Below the pieces are notes generated by a model. That model was not told the origin of the DNA, made no database searches, and saw only the letters and a list, made by a program, of their open reading frames with translations. Source: Camelus ferus (Eukaryota). From it: 64,000 nt of DNA. A program made the translations under genes and the position numbers. How positions within the stretch are numbered: position 1 is the stretch's first letter; every line of letters starts with the position of its first letter. This document shows positions 27,821 through 40,710 of the stretch, one piece after another. Location of the stretch: positions 81,284,001 through 81,348,000 of the forward strand of contig NC_045697.1 of the NCBI RefSeq assembly GCF_009834535.1, written 5' to 3'.

Positions 27821-29329
27821 AGTTAATGGATGGAAATTATCAACCCCAGCAGAAAGATGGAGAGCAAAACTCAGAGTAGATATAAAAAAATGATGGGTTG
27901 AATGAAAGTAAAATTCAATACCTATGACAGCTTTAACATTTTAATCTGTTATCTGAATAATTATAATAATATATTCTAAGCTGCTGCAAGATTCTATAAC
28001 CAAGGTGCTTTCCTCTGTGATAATTTAATATATTTTATAACATACTGTGTATTTCTACAAGGAGTATAAAGGAGCAAGTTTTATTTTGTTTTGTTTTTCT
28101 CTTTAGTCATGCTTCAGATAGGAAACCACTTTGTAGTATATTTTGATGATTATCATTAACAACAACTTTCACTGAAGAGCCTTATTATAATCTGAGCCAA
28201 TTAATTGGCTAATTAATTAATCACTATTTGTATAATCACAGAGAATGGCAAAATATATAAAACCAATTGGAAAATACCCCCCATGGATATCCCTGGGGCT
28301 TTTAAAGCATTGTTCATAACATTTAAGGGCTCTAATTGGGGTTGTTTTTTATTTTACTGGGACCTGGCCAGCTTGGTTGCTTTTACCAAAATGTTTCTAA
28401 CATTTTCTCTTTCCCATGGAGACAACAGCTATATCTTGAGTAACAAAATGGAGCTCCCAGACTTTAAGTCTGTTCTTCCCCTGGTGTATCAAGAGATTGC
28501 TCTCTGCTCAGTAATTACCTTATACTGTGAACTAACAAAGTGAGCACTCAAGTTAGTGTCAGATCCATTCCTATTTAGCCTGTTTTGAGTGCAAATGAAT
28601 TCAGGGAATGTCTAATCATAAATTAAAATCTCATTTGCATATAGAAAACTTAAAAAAAAAAGAAAACCCTTACTTGGTAACAGGTCTTGTTTTAAAATAT
28701 GCTTCATAAAGAAGTAATAATAATTGACTGAAATCCAGAAAACAGGTTTAAATGAAAGTATGCCTCTAAAATCCATTTTTTCTAACAAAAAAATAGACAT
28801 TCACAATAAACAATGTCATCAAGAAAAAAATAATACATAAAAACTAAGTAAAATGCTCTTAGTAGAACATAATTGTTGGGTACAAGAGCTAAAAACAAAG
28901 ATTTAGCTTCCTTGTTCATTTAACACTTAACTTCTATATATTACTACAAATTTCAGGAATATTTATGACATTTGGTACATCTCACAGTCATGTTAGGAGG
29001 GGGTCCTATTGCATTTCTTATTAATCAAGGGGTCATAAATGAGAAGAAAAAAATTCAAAATTATAGATTCCAGACGAAAGATTGTGCCTTTTCTGCTGCA
29101 CAAACATACTGTTGTTCCCAGTCAGGCATTCCTTTAATTTTATTTTTCTGAGGACTGCCAGTACTTACTGAAGTCCAGGCTTTCTTCTTTATAAACAATG
29201 AGAGGCTAAGGGGAAGGCTACCATCTTGGTACATGCGATGAGTTTTCTTTGTGTGAAACTAACTTTTAATGACCTAGGATTTGTTCCAGGGTATCCAAGA
29301 TGATGCATTCAATCTGTTTTTCTTCTTCT

Positions 29330-29780
29330 TTGACTCATTTCCCTTTAGTGATCATTATGAAAATTACAAGTATTAAGCTTGATGATTTATAAATCTACAC
29401 TGCCACCTCTGATGGTATCCAAAATCTATATTTACCTTTTGAAATGCCTGCATCTAGATGTCCCACGTTAAATTGTTAGGTCTTAAACCAAACTGCTCAT
29501 CTTCCTAGCAACTTTTCCTCTGCCTGATTCTGCATATGTTACGGACATACCCAGGCTAAAAATCATGATGCTACAGCATCTCCACCTTCTTTTCTGCTCC
29601 TTCCTTGAATATTTGCACAAGTCCTGTCAATTCTACTTCTGTCTGGGTGTTCTCAATCTCCCCTTTCCATCCTGACTGCCACCAAGCTAAGCTGAGTCAA
29701 TCCAACAGGCCAGGCTCTGTCCTAGCTTCTTCCACTCCTCTCATTCAGGGCTCACCATGATACTAAAAATTGTGTTGCTT
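29330..29780 (+). mobile_element. L2 remnant
   Basis: aaaatctatat...tagatgtccc...ccaaactgctcatcttcc...aagtcctgtcaattctac. Confidence 0.55.
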
Positions 29781-29914
29781 CCTGTGGTGCTACAGATCTG
29801 CAATCTCAGAATTAGAGAGGTTTTCAGCCATATTCAAGGTTAACTATTAAGTGTAGATGCCCAGACTGAAACCCAAGCACAAGCCATTGTTTTCTAAAAG
29901 AAAGCTCACACATC

Positions 29915-30075
29915 CAGGACAAATAGTCTGGATTTGCTCTGCCATTTACTAGCTAGATGAGTACCTTAATATTGCTAAGCCTCATTTTATTCATACAGAA
30001 AATGTACAAAATGTTTCCTCTTAGTATTGTCATATTAAATGACATATTACCCATTAACGATTAGCCCAGTGCTTA
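29915..30075 (+). mobile_element. MIR remnant
   Basis: ctctgccatttactagct...ctaagcctcattttattcat. Confidence 0.55.
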
Positions 30076-32518
30076 GAGTCTATTATTAATTTGGACTTCA
30101 GGTTCACAATGTAGATTTTTTTCCCCCTAGTTTTGCAACTGACTCAAAATATACATATCACTAGTTTTGAGACAAAGCCCAAAACTATTATTTAAGTTAC
30201 TATTTTCTAAAGTAGTAAGCCAATTCTGAGACTAATTAATTCTGCACTCACCAGTTAAAAACAGTATAATAACTGTCAGTATAATATTTTCAATTATGTC
30301 TAAGGTTGCTTATTACATATGTTGGGACATAATTAGATGTATGAGGAAAACTATTTCACCACCTGCTTTTGGAGTTGACTCATGTACTTGAAGATGCTAA
30401 GTGACAGTTAAGGCCAATGATTATTCAAGGACTCAGTTTCAGTTTAAAGTGAAGTCACCTTCTACATGTGTCACCTTCTCACAGGAAGTTGCTGCTTGAA
30501 CTATCTTTTGAAATATGGGTAGATTCAAGGAAAGTATTTCAGTCAAGGCATGGAAGCTGAGAAAGGAGGTGAAAGTAAAGATGAGCAGGCAGTCACAGAG
30601 GAATGAATACACAGTGGGCTAGCCTAACAGAAACAGTGTGTATTGAGAAGTAGTAAGAATAAATATTGAAAAGGTAAATTAAGCAGGATCACATACTTAA
30701 AATAAGTTTGGATTTCTCAGGCAGATAACGACTTAAATATATCCTTACATACAGTAGATGTTCAATAAATAAATGGATGTATTTCTTCAAGAAGTGTAGA
30801 CATATAAAAATGCTACTAATGATGTTTCGTTGCCAACAGAAAGAATAACGACAGGTCAACATGCCTGAGTAGAGAACCAAACTTACTGGTAGCATCAATA
30901 ATAAATCTGATTTTGCTGCCAGTGTGGAAGCTTACATTCACCATGTTCACGATTTTCAAAAACCTCATTGAGAAAGAGCATTTATTCTGCCTTAGGGAAA
31001 CTATGAACAAAGAACATATTTTCTGTATGCTACCAAAGTTTTATGTACAGTACCAAGTGTTCCAACCAGGGGTAAAACACTGTCCACAGAAATCAGGTTA
31101 TTGGGCTGCAAGGAAACTTTTAAAATTAATTTTTTAATTTTTAATAATCAGGAAGGCCCTTTATTATTTTAGATTTCTCTAAAAATGCATGCTCACTGAA
31201 CTGATACCACCTTCGGAATGAACATTACCTACATATAATTAAGATCATAATGAAAACAAGAATTGCTTTCAAGACCAAGAAAGAATAAATTCGAGTGTAT
31301 AAGAAATTCCCCTAAATAGCCTAAGGTCATCTTGCTAATAGAGCTTTAGATATACAGGAAGTATTTTGGGATTGCCTTGAGGACCACACTGAAATATTAC
31401 CAAATCAAAATGTGGCTATATTTTCTGATTTATCCCTAGTTAATATTTCACAATTTTTCAAAATATAAATTAGTTTTTAGAAGTTTCTATTCATTAATTT
31501 TTCTCTCATATCGTGAGTTTTTAGATACACAATGAAATTTTATTAACAATTAGATGATAGTTACTGAAACTGCCTGATCTTAATTTTGCCTGATTTGGAA
31601 ATGGACAAATTAATTTCTGTCTCAGTAGCTTTGGTCAAATGAGAGCATGATGAAATAAGATAAAGCATGAAAATTTCTAATAAAACCCCCCCAAACCCCA
31701 AAACTAGGTATGTTACAGTTTAAATCTGACAGAACCATGCAGTGGAAAGAATACGGACTTTCAAATTCAGTTAAACAGCTCATATTCTTTTCACTGCATC
31801 AGATTCTGTACATTAAAAATGCTGATTCTTTAGCACTGTGATCCAGAATCTCTATCTCAAGGTGGGTAAATTGGCTCAAATAAAAATATGCTACTACATT
31901 TTTGTCCATAGAGTGCTGCAGACAAGGCTATGTTTGAATCTGCTGTTAACTGCTCCCCGCTCCCTGCTCCCAATCTAACTGTGGGAGTGGCCTGGGGTGA
32001 GTGGCACACATAATCAAGAATTTTCAACCATGACCCTCCAGCTTTCCTCAATTTGTTCCACTGGGGAACAAAACACTTGTACTCTCAATTTCGGAATAAT
32101 ACAGAAAAATGTTACTAGATATCCAGTACCCTTCCTCTAGAAAATTCAGGGCATTTTTGAAGGAGGATGGATTCTGCTCATCTACCTGTGTGTAATGAAA
32201 TGTTACAGCACCAGGAAATGAACATGAGGATGGAGAACTGGGAGTATGCAGAATTTCTCTACACAGAGAATCTGATTCTCTCCCACAAAATCATATTTAT
32301 GGAAAAAACATTAGTCAAAATAGAAATCAAATGCCAAAGACTAGAACTATTATTTTTATATTGAAAACCAGTAATTCCAATTGACCTGTAAGAAACCCAA
32401 GAGGTTAATAGACCTCACTCCCTACAAAGTTTCTGATATTCTTTGATTAATACTTCTGAGAGAGAACCAGAAATAACATCTGAAGGGGTAGAAAAGAGTA
32501 TTTTCAGTTAACTTACTC

Positions 32519-32568
32519 TGTGTGTGTGTGTGTGTGTGTGTGTAGGACTATACAATTAGTATACATAT

Positions 32569-32602
<34 letters not shown>
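32519..32602. repeat. Head-to-head (TG)12 ... (CA)n microsatellites forming an inverted repeat
   Basis: Seen directly. Confidence 0.93.
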
Positions 32603-32604
<2 letters not shown>

Positions 32605-34199
32605 AACTTTACTGATTCTTTATCTGCCTGTGGCATTGCTCTAGCCTTTGTTAAATTTCAGTATTCAGTTATTTTGTTTGGGGTTATGTCACTTAAGAAA
32701 TCATCAATAATCCTGTATATTATTTGAGTAGTGGTGAATAGCTCTTTGTTATTCTATAGAGAGTAAGTGAGATAGCTGAATTTGAGTGGGAAAATTTTGT
32801 TAGAGTTATAAAGAACTTTTTCAAGCAATATAGTTTGTTAGACTGACATCGGGAAACCTTCTCTTTTCAGGATTTCAGGATAGGAATCATTTAGAGAGCC
32901 GTCTGAAGCACATGACCTTGCCTTAAGTTTATGATTTTGAAATTAAAATAAAACTAGCATTTATATTAATTAAAAGGAACAGTAAATATGAGAAACATAA
33001 GGGAGAAAAAAAAGAGAAATCTAGATTGAACTCCAGAAATCCCTTTACAACTATGCCCAAAATGAAATTTTTGGATCCCAGTTAAGTGTTTCTTCATTTA
33101 GTGGCTCACTAAAAACAGTTTCTTGGTCTACATTTCCTCTGAAGATTTTTAAAAAGTGAAATTATTTTACTGGTTTTAATCATATTTTATTATAGTGGTC
33201 ATAATATGTTAGGATAAGGGGAAAAAGCTGTTATTTTGAAGTGGTATGAAGGCTTCATCTTTAGAGGATAAAAAGACTAAACAGCAGAAATTCAAAAAAG
33301 ATGATATGATCGTAGCAATCTTTAGTTCCTTTATAATTCTAAGCTGTGTCCTATTATTTTTGTTTCTATGTTTGCTAAAATTATTGATTCACAGAATGAA
33401 TTTAATTATACATAAAACAAGATAGACCCAAGTGAGAATGTTGAATCAAGATGATAAAAAAAGGAATTATTCTCAGAACTACCTACCTAACCCAGCAAAA
33501 CATATTTGGCTTTTTCTTTATCTAATAGCAATCATGGGGTAAATTTGTTATCCTGCAGTCAATTTGATCATAACCTAGGAGCGATTCCAGTAACTCTACT
33601 GTTTTACACAAAACGATATGATAATAGAGATAGTGATGGAAGCCTCCTGAGGTCAGTCCAATACCACATTTCCTGTAAAACTATTTTTTGTTCATAGCTA
33701 TATTTACAAGTGTATGAATATTTCATATAGGCAAGAATTATGCTTACTTGAGGTTGCAGAAAGGTCCTGGGTTGCTTCTCCATCTTGTATTTCATACACC
33801 ATTGTCAAACCCAGGTCGGGCAGGAGAATAGTTAGTCCAGCCCAGTGATAGGTTTCCATGCCTCTATTAGTCTCACTGCTACAAACTGCAACATGTGCAG
33901 AGTAAAGGAGGCCGTTTCTATGGGGGGGCTAGCTGGGATGGGCAAAGCCTAGGAAGAGGCAGGGGGATTAAATTCAAATACTCTTTGGAATATTTAATTC
34001 AATGCTCCTCTGACACATCTAAGGTGTAGCTGAGGAATGGATAAGGCTTAGTTCAAGTTTTTTATTTTTAATGCTTATTTTATTTCAAACCTACTGACTC
34101 TTAAAGGTTTGAGTAATTAAGAATATAAGATATTCAAAATTATATTTTATCAATACCACAAAGTCAGTGAAGAAAAATCATGATGTTATTTATAAATGT

Positions 34200-34208
34200 T
34201 CTTACCTT
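34200..34208 (-). promoter_or_regulatory. 5' splice donor of the NDST4 coding exon
   Basis: The minus strand reads AAG|GTAAGA, phase 0 after ...VKDVK. Confidence 0.92.
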
Positions 34209-35184
34209 TACATCTTTGACATTCATCCTTGTTCCTTCCTTCCCAACAAAGATGTCATCAATGTCCACGAGGATGTATCTGTCCAAAGACAATGTCAGCC
34301 TCTTCCCTGACAAGAAGGAGATGGCATCTATGAAGATGAGCTTTGTGCAGCCAAAAGTTCAAGTTGTTGCCAAAAAGTACTCGCTGAATTCCATCATGAA
34401 GCCCCAGATCCTGAATCACCGTCGCATAGAGTGGTTTGCCAGACAAGGATAGAAGGGGTTTTTCCATCTGTAACTCAGTTAAAAGCACAGGCTGGTAGGT
34501 TGAATGATTATAATGAAAAATTGTCCAGTCCTCCCCAGGAAGAGGGCCTTTCTCAACTTTGGGGGCTTTGGTAATATGCAGCAAAGGAGACTGAGGGTTG
34601 ACAAAACAGTCCTTTAGAGCCAGATTATTGAAAAGGTTTAATGGAAAACCTTTTAATTGTGTACTTGGTAAGCTGTTCTCATTGGCTTTATGAAAACCAA
34701 TTATACTAACACTGTATTCCACACAGTATTTTTCTAAAAGCTCTCGATTCCATGAGTCCATGCTAACATACTTCAGAATATTTTCATAAATAACTAAAAT
34801 ATATTTCCCTTTGCCATTGTCTGTAAGAGGAGGTATGTCTCCCTTGCCGGGGGCAATGACCATGTGGTACTGAAATCGGCTGGACTCCAAGATAGCTATA
34901 ATATCTTGACCAAGTTGAGAATATTGGCTCTCCACAAACAGGAGGACAGTAGGATCCGTTTTGGATGTATCAATAGGTTTAACTGTCTTCAGCTCCATTG
35001 ATCGATATGGTAGGATTTTAATGTCAGTACATTCTGCTTCCGCAGTGGTTTCAATAAGAGTCATTTCCTGTTTATAGCCAGAGTAGAGGAAATAGGCAGA
35101 AATGACAATGCTCAACAGGCAAAAGGTAGCTAAGAGAACAATCAGGGTTCGAAAACTTCTCCGAAGCTTCACAATAAGATTCAT
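34206..35184 (-). CDS. NDST4: NDST4 first coding exon, coding part: short cytoplasmic tail, type II TM anchor, stem and start of the N-deacetylase domain. Contains a +1 frameshift at 34342-34344 as given.
   Basis: ORF 35184-34258 reads [40 protein letters not shown]...[23 protein letters not shown], recognisable as the NDST4 N-terminus. After the shift the adjacent frame reads [45 protein letters not shown], the conserved NDST motif, ending at AAG|GTAAG. The coding span is 979 nt = 326 codons + 1. Confidence 0.96.
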
Positions 35185-35429
35185 TTTTTAAAATACTGCT
35201 TTGGAAGCTTTTTCCAAGTTCTTTTCCTAAAGTGCCATTGTGAATAAAGTATGAGATGGTGCAAATGCCACTTTCCAAAAGTTCATGTAACCATTGCAAA
35301 ACATGTAAAATGCTTGAAGGGATTGCAAGCAAGTTACAGCTGGAGGGCAGTGGACCAGGAGGGTAAAAATTGAAGAGATTTTGAATATGGCCAACACCAA
35401 AGATTGCTGTAGGGTCCTTTAAACATTAT
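35185..35429 (-). other. NDST4: 5'UTR portion (245 nt) of the NDST4 first coding exon, with upstream AUGs
   Basis: Lies between the acceptor TTTCTCATCTTTTTCAG|ATAATG and the ATG at 35184 (context AAAAAATGA, A at -3). Confidence 0.8.
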
Positions 35430-35450
35430 CTGAAAAAGATGAGAAATAAT
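35430..35450 (-). promoter_or_regulatory. 3' splice acceptor with polypyrimidine tract
   Basis: The minus strand reads ATTATTTCTCATCTTTTTCAG immediately before the exon. Confidence 0.8.
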
Positions 35451-36303
35451 AAAGACTAAAACAAAAATAGAAATATAAGTATTTATGTGTATACATATGC
35501 TAATATATAGGAAACAAATATATCAAAGATAGTTTTAGTGTGTTAATATGCTAAAATATTAATAGCCTGATGTTTTCAGTCTAGATTTTACTACTTAGAG
35601 TACAGTAGATTTTTTTCATGTCCTCAAGAATAAGGACGCCTATTTGATTTTGCCAAAATGTCCATATATATAGAAACACAGATTGAGATCATTTTTCAAA
35701 CTAGTCACCTCAAAAAACAAGACATAAGAAAAAAAGCTTAGTGTAAAATGGTAATTACCACAAGCCTTGCTTCTACAAGGCTGGTAAACATTATATACAT
35801 TATAGAATCAGGAAATCAGGCATCTGTGTGGGGGTTGGAGCAGTGGAACCTGCTCTTCAGTGTCTACCAAGTTTTCTGGAATGCCAAACTGAGGGAATGA
35901 TTTTGCCTTAAGTATACAGTAGTTACAGGGTTTTCCCTTTAGTGGCATACTCTTTTCTGAAGTCACAGGATGTCACTTGGCCCTCTTCATCATAACAGCC
36001 AAAATAAATAGGATTTCTCCTCCATTCTTAGAAGCAAAGTGAGAGAGAAGCTATGGGACAAAGAACTAAATGAGAACAAGCATCGTCAGATCTTCCTAAT
36101 GAAGTAGAGGCCAGGGAGCCTAGAGGAGAAGAAAAACCTTGATGTGTTTTTCTCAAAGCACATACTTCAATTTGGCCAATTTCTATAATCAGAATAAAAA
36201 TGAGTGTTTCAGTTGTTAATTTTTATCCAACAATCACATGTTCTGTTTCCCTTATCACTTTCTTTGGTTCAAAAGAAAAAAATAAAGAAAGCATTGAAAC
36301 AGT

Positions 36304-36326
36304 AACAACAACAACAACAACAACAA
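36304..36326 (+). repeat. (AAC)n microsatellite
   Basis: Seen directly. Confidence 0.9.
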
Positions 36327-38072
36327 TCTTTCCCGTATGGCTTCACTACAAATGGACATAATTTTCAGTTATTTTTAGGCATTTTTCTTTGTATGCATGA
36401 CTCCAATTTTTAGTGAATTTCTTTCTATACAAGTTTTCTTCATTCCCTTCAAAACTGTGTTAGACTACTAATGGAATTCTCCATTTCCCAGTTTGCCAAA
36501 ATAGTGTCCCTAGGAAAGTAACCAAAAGAGCTCAGATTTTCAATCTGATACCTAGACTTTAAGGTGTGTATTACTGATGCACTATATCATAAAGAATCAG
36601 ATTAGCATGTTTTATTAGATGAGTCATATATTCTATCATGTTATAAATATTTTACAAGTTTTTAAAATTTTTTAATTTGAGGAATTTGAATAATTAATGA
36701 TATTAAGAGATCATTAGATTAAATGATTAAATATAATATATTAATACATTCATTTAATACTTTTATGTTCTGAAAAACATTTTTCCTACTTAGCAATTTA
36801 AATTTTAAAAAATCCACAATAAGTTGAAATAATGTTTCTGTCTTAGATTTTGGAAAAAAATTTTTAAAACAATCTCAAAAGTCCACAACTTAAAATTTAA
36901 AAGTTTACCAAACATAATTCTTCAAATTCTAAACATATACATAGACCTGAATTTTCCCTTTCAAAAGACAATGAATCAATTTTAAAAATCTCCCCAGTGA
37001 TTTCACATTTCCTTTAAAGGAAAATTAGCTCCACATGCTAAGAAGTTACTAATACCCTGCTATCAAAAATAATTTTTAAGATAATTACTTGCTGTCCAAA
37101 ATCATTTCAATTATTTTAAAATTCTGTTCCTTTTAAAGAAATTGAATTAGATTTTACTAAAAAGAAATAAAATACAACAATAAAAAGTGTTAGGTTTAGT
37201 ATAAATATACATAAGCCAATTATGGTCGACCTTCTATTTTTGTGTGTATCTGAAAATGTTCATACAGTAAATTTTAAAAATAAAAATCAAACTAAATTAT
37301 ATACATAATATATAATAAATATTGAAAGATATTTGGAATTTGCCCAGGAAAATTATCCAGTCTTGTATTATATTCCTTCCCAGACTTCTCCAAAGCTCAT
37401 GCATTTGATTAAAAAACCCATTTAAGGAAACATGGAATCAGTCCATTCCCACCCCCACCCTGCATCACCTCACAAAAGGACATATCAAATCCACATACTC
37501 TGGTGGTTTGTTTAGTATTTTAAGAATACATTCAATCAGGAATTTGAAAAGAAGCTAAGTGCACGACAAGGTAATATTTGTTAAATTGTTATCTATTCTG
37601 ACATCAAAAATATGACTTTTATTTTTGAAAGTACAAAGGATGAGATGTCAATTTGCATATCAGAACAACTCATTCTAATATGCAATAGTGAAAAAGAAAT
37701 AAAAAAGCATATGGGACTAGAATCTGCCAACCAAAGAATAAATAAAATTTAAATGTGACATTTATTTAACATTAATATGTTCAGAGTTAGAAGAATGATA
37801 GATGCACATTATTACCACTGTAGGATATGTGTTTCATTCTTTGTTTGTGTGTGTTAAGTGGATAAATTATACTTCCCATTCCATCCTCCCATCTATTCTT
37901 CCATAACAAAAATTGGCCAGAGGAGGTGAGGAAGCCTGGACAATAAAAGATGATATAACAAGAAAGTTCACTTATGTTCTGTGCTTGAAATCGGAGATAG
38001 TAGGCATTGTTTGGGATGCCAAAGAGATGTAGTTTGTGATTTGTTTAAATCAAATAGAGTTAGATCGATCAA

Positions 38073-38113
38073 TAGATAGGTAGGTAGGTAGATAGATAGA
38101 TAGATATGTAGAT
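38073..38113 (+). repeat. (TAGA/TAGG)n microsatellite
   Basis: Seen directly. Confidence 0.85.
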
Positions 38114-38117
38114 ATAT

Positions 38118-38590
38118 TTGGGGAGGGGAAAATTTTTCCCCCTAGCCCACTTTGTTTTTTTGGCTGGTCTAATGATTAAAATGAAAAAGAAAACACATTA
38201 GCAGGAGAAAATCAAATTTCATTTCATTTACATGGAGGTCTTGTAGATATAAGACTTAAGTGACCAAAGCAGGCAGCTTTTATGCCTTTTAGGTAAAGAA
38301 ATAATAAATTTGTGATGAATTTATAAGACAAGGAAACTTGGGTTTGGCTACTAGTTAGTGAAAAATCTAAGCAGAGTTTGTTTACACAGCCTTTTCCACC
38401 CTATCTCTGTGATAAGGATTCTCTCTACCTCCTGGTGCAGGAAGGGTACCATTCACATGGCAGATTTATCTCCTGATTTCTGGAGACAAAGAAGAGTTAG
38501 AGTGTTCTTGCACTGGCTACTTCTTAAGTAACTGTAATTCAAAATAATCAATATGCCACTTTGGAACATTTTGGGGCCACTTGCCCTGAG
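38118..38590 (-). mobile_element. ERV1-class LTR
   Basis: gaggggaaaatttttccccct...ttcaaaataatcaatatgcca...ttttgggg is typical of ERV1 LTRs read in antisense. Confidence 0.6.
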
Positions 38591-39397
38591 CTATATATAT
38601 TGGTTTCTGCCCTCCAGTTCCTGGGACAGAGGTCCTAAATCCCTCTTAATTTCCTGGGTGATAGTGAAAGTCTTTTGTTCTAATGAGGCAACTCTTAATG
38701 GGTTCCTAGATGAGAGCTGGACACCAGAAAGACCAAATAATAATTAGAAGCTTGGAACTTTCAGCTCAGCCCTGTCCTCTGGGGAAGGGGAGAAGGGCTA
38801 GAAATATTGATCATGACTATGAAGGAAGCCTCTGTAAATCTCCCCAAAGTACGAGGTTTGGAGAGCTTCCAGGCTTGTGAACTCATCCACTCACCGGGAG
38901 GGTAACACACCCCAACTCCATGAGGACAGAAGCTCCTACTCTCAGGACCCTACCAGTCCTTGCCCAATGTGTCTCTTCATCAAGCTGTTCATCTGGGTCC
39001 TCTATCACATAATAAACTGGAAAATCTAAGTAAATATTTCCCTGAGTTCTGTGAGATGTTACTGCAAATAATCAAATCCAAGGTGGGGACATCATGGGAA
39101 GCTCCGATTTGCAGCCGAGTTGGACAGCGCTGGAGACCTACCATTTGCCACTGGAGCTGAAAAGGGGAGTGGTCCTGTGGGACTGAGACCTTAACCTGAG
39201 GGGTCTGTGCTAATCCTGGTTAGTGTCAAATTTGAATTGTAAGACACCCAGGTGGTGTCACCAAGCAGTGCTTGGTGTGTGTGTGTATTGGGGGGAACCT
39301 CATACACTGGTGTCAGGTGTCAGAAGTGTTATGAGAGTGGTAGAAGTGTGACAGTAAAGGAGAAACACACAGAGGGGAAAGTAGGTTTTCTATACAC
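38591..39397 (-). mobile_element. MER21-like LTR
   Basis: ctgccctccagttcctgggacagaggtcctaaa, agaagcttggaactttcagc, cccaactccatgaggacagaagctcct, tccctgagttctgtgag. Confidence 0.7.
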
Positions 39398-40529
39398 CTG
39401 TCTAGTACTGTGACCCTTTAAAAAAATAAAAAAGAAAGGCTAGGCAAAGTGCAAGGGGTAGGAACATGAACTTAAGCATCTTGGAAAAGTCAAATAAGAC
39501 AATGGAGATTGTTTTAAAAGACACACATATGTTAAATGAGTCATATCAAATTAAGAATATTCATTTAAGGATAATGGTGAAGGCATTAAAATGCTGCTCC
39601 AAAAGTCTAAAAACATGTGGCATCTGTTCTTAAAGAGTCTAGGTGACAGCCTAAAATGTTCATTTTACCTAAATATAATCCATTGTGAAGGACGAACCTG
39701 AGACCAGTTAGCAACAAATGACACTAAAAAGCGCTCTTAACCCAGTTTCCACTTCCACCATGATGTTGGCTTTTCGTTACAGAATGAATGAGCAACTGTG
39801 CGGGTGCCTGAGTAAGTTGCATCTGTGAAGAATTGACATTTCCTTAAGCACCAGATCAAGCAAGTTAAATAGGACTTGATCCCAATTCTGCTAAATCTGC
39901 CTTTCACATATTCTAATGAATCTATTGTTAAACATTTGTAAATTTATTTCAGCAACAATCTATCGCAAAATTTGGGCTGTGTGAATCCTGTGCAGACTGT
40001 GGTGAGAAATAGAGGCTTTTTTTAAGGTGTGCCTTTCCTTGTTCTCACTCTTCTTCTCTTTCCTTTCTTTTTTTTACTTCTAATCTTCCAAGTGTGACTC
40101 AACATCAATGGTAGTGGAATAAATGTCTCCCAAGAATTTCCCTATCTTTTAAGATTAGATACTATGAAGAGATTATTATTTTGCCTATCTGTTTTAAAAT
40201 CATTCTTTGACTGATTTGCAAACTGTTAGTAGATTTTCTAAAATACAGTCTGCAGAGTCCATTTACCAAGGGTTCTCAATCATTGTAAATTTTTAGTAAT
40301 CTCTGACCGCAGCAGAGAAATCAGTAAACAAAGTAACTGCAGGTACTATTGTAGTTACTACTATTTTGGGGCAAGAAGGAAATGCAGAAGTAAGCCAGGG
40401 GCTAGGAATCACAATTACTGTACACATGACTTTCTTTCTTGAAAGTGATCTGATGAACTATACAGATCATCAAAGAGGCTCTTAAAGTTCAGCTGAAATT
40501 GAAAAGAAAAGAAAAAGAAAATATTTACC

Positions 40530-40710
40530 AGCATTTAGTGAATAGCTACTACTTGCCAGTCATTATGCTACATTTTTTTGCATCCATCTTGTTTAGCCAT
40601 TATATGTCTATTTTTAAAATGAAGAAATTGAGATTTGGAGTGCGTAAGAGAAATACAGATTACACCACTAATGATTTGTGATGCTAAAGTTCTATTTACT
40701 CACCATTGTA
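40530..40710 (-). mobile_element. MIR remnant
   Basis: gcatttagtgaatagctactacttgccag...tttttaaaatgaagaaattgag. Confidence 0.5.

Noticed and set aside
34330..34350. Programmed ribosomal frameshift as an explanation of the NDST4 lesion
   Set aside because: There is no recognisable slippery site, and NDST orthologues as I know them are continuous here. An indel or sequencing error is simpler.
34180..34452. 90-aa + strand ORF overlapping NDST4
   Set aside because: Antisense shadow of the coding exon with no independent support.
35072..35332. 86-aa ORF overlapping the NDST4 start
   Set aside because: It starts at a non-ATG codon, has no internal Met and is out of frame with NDST4.
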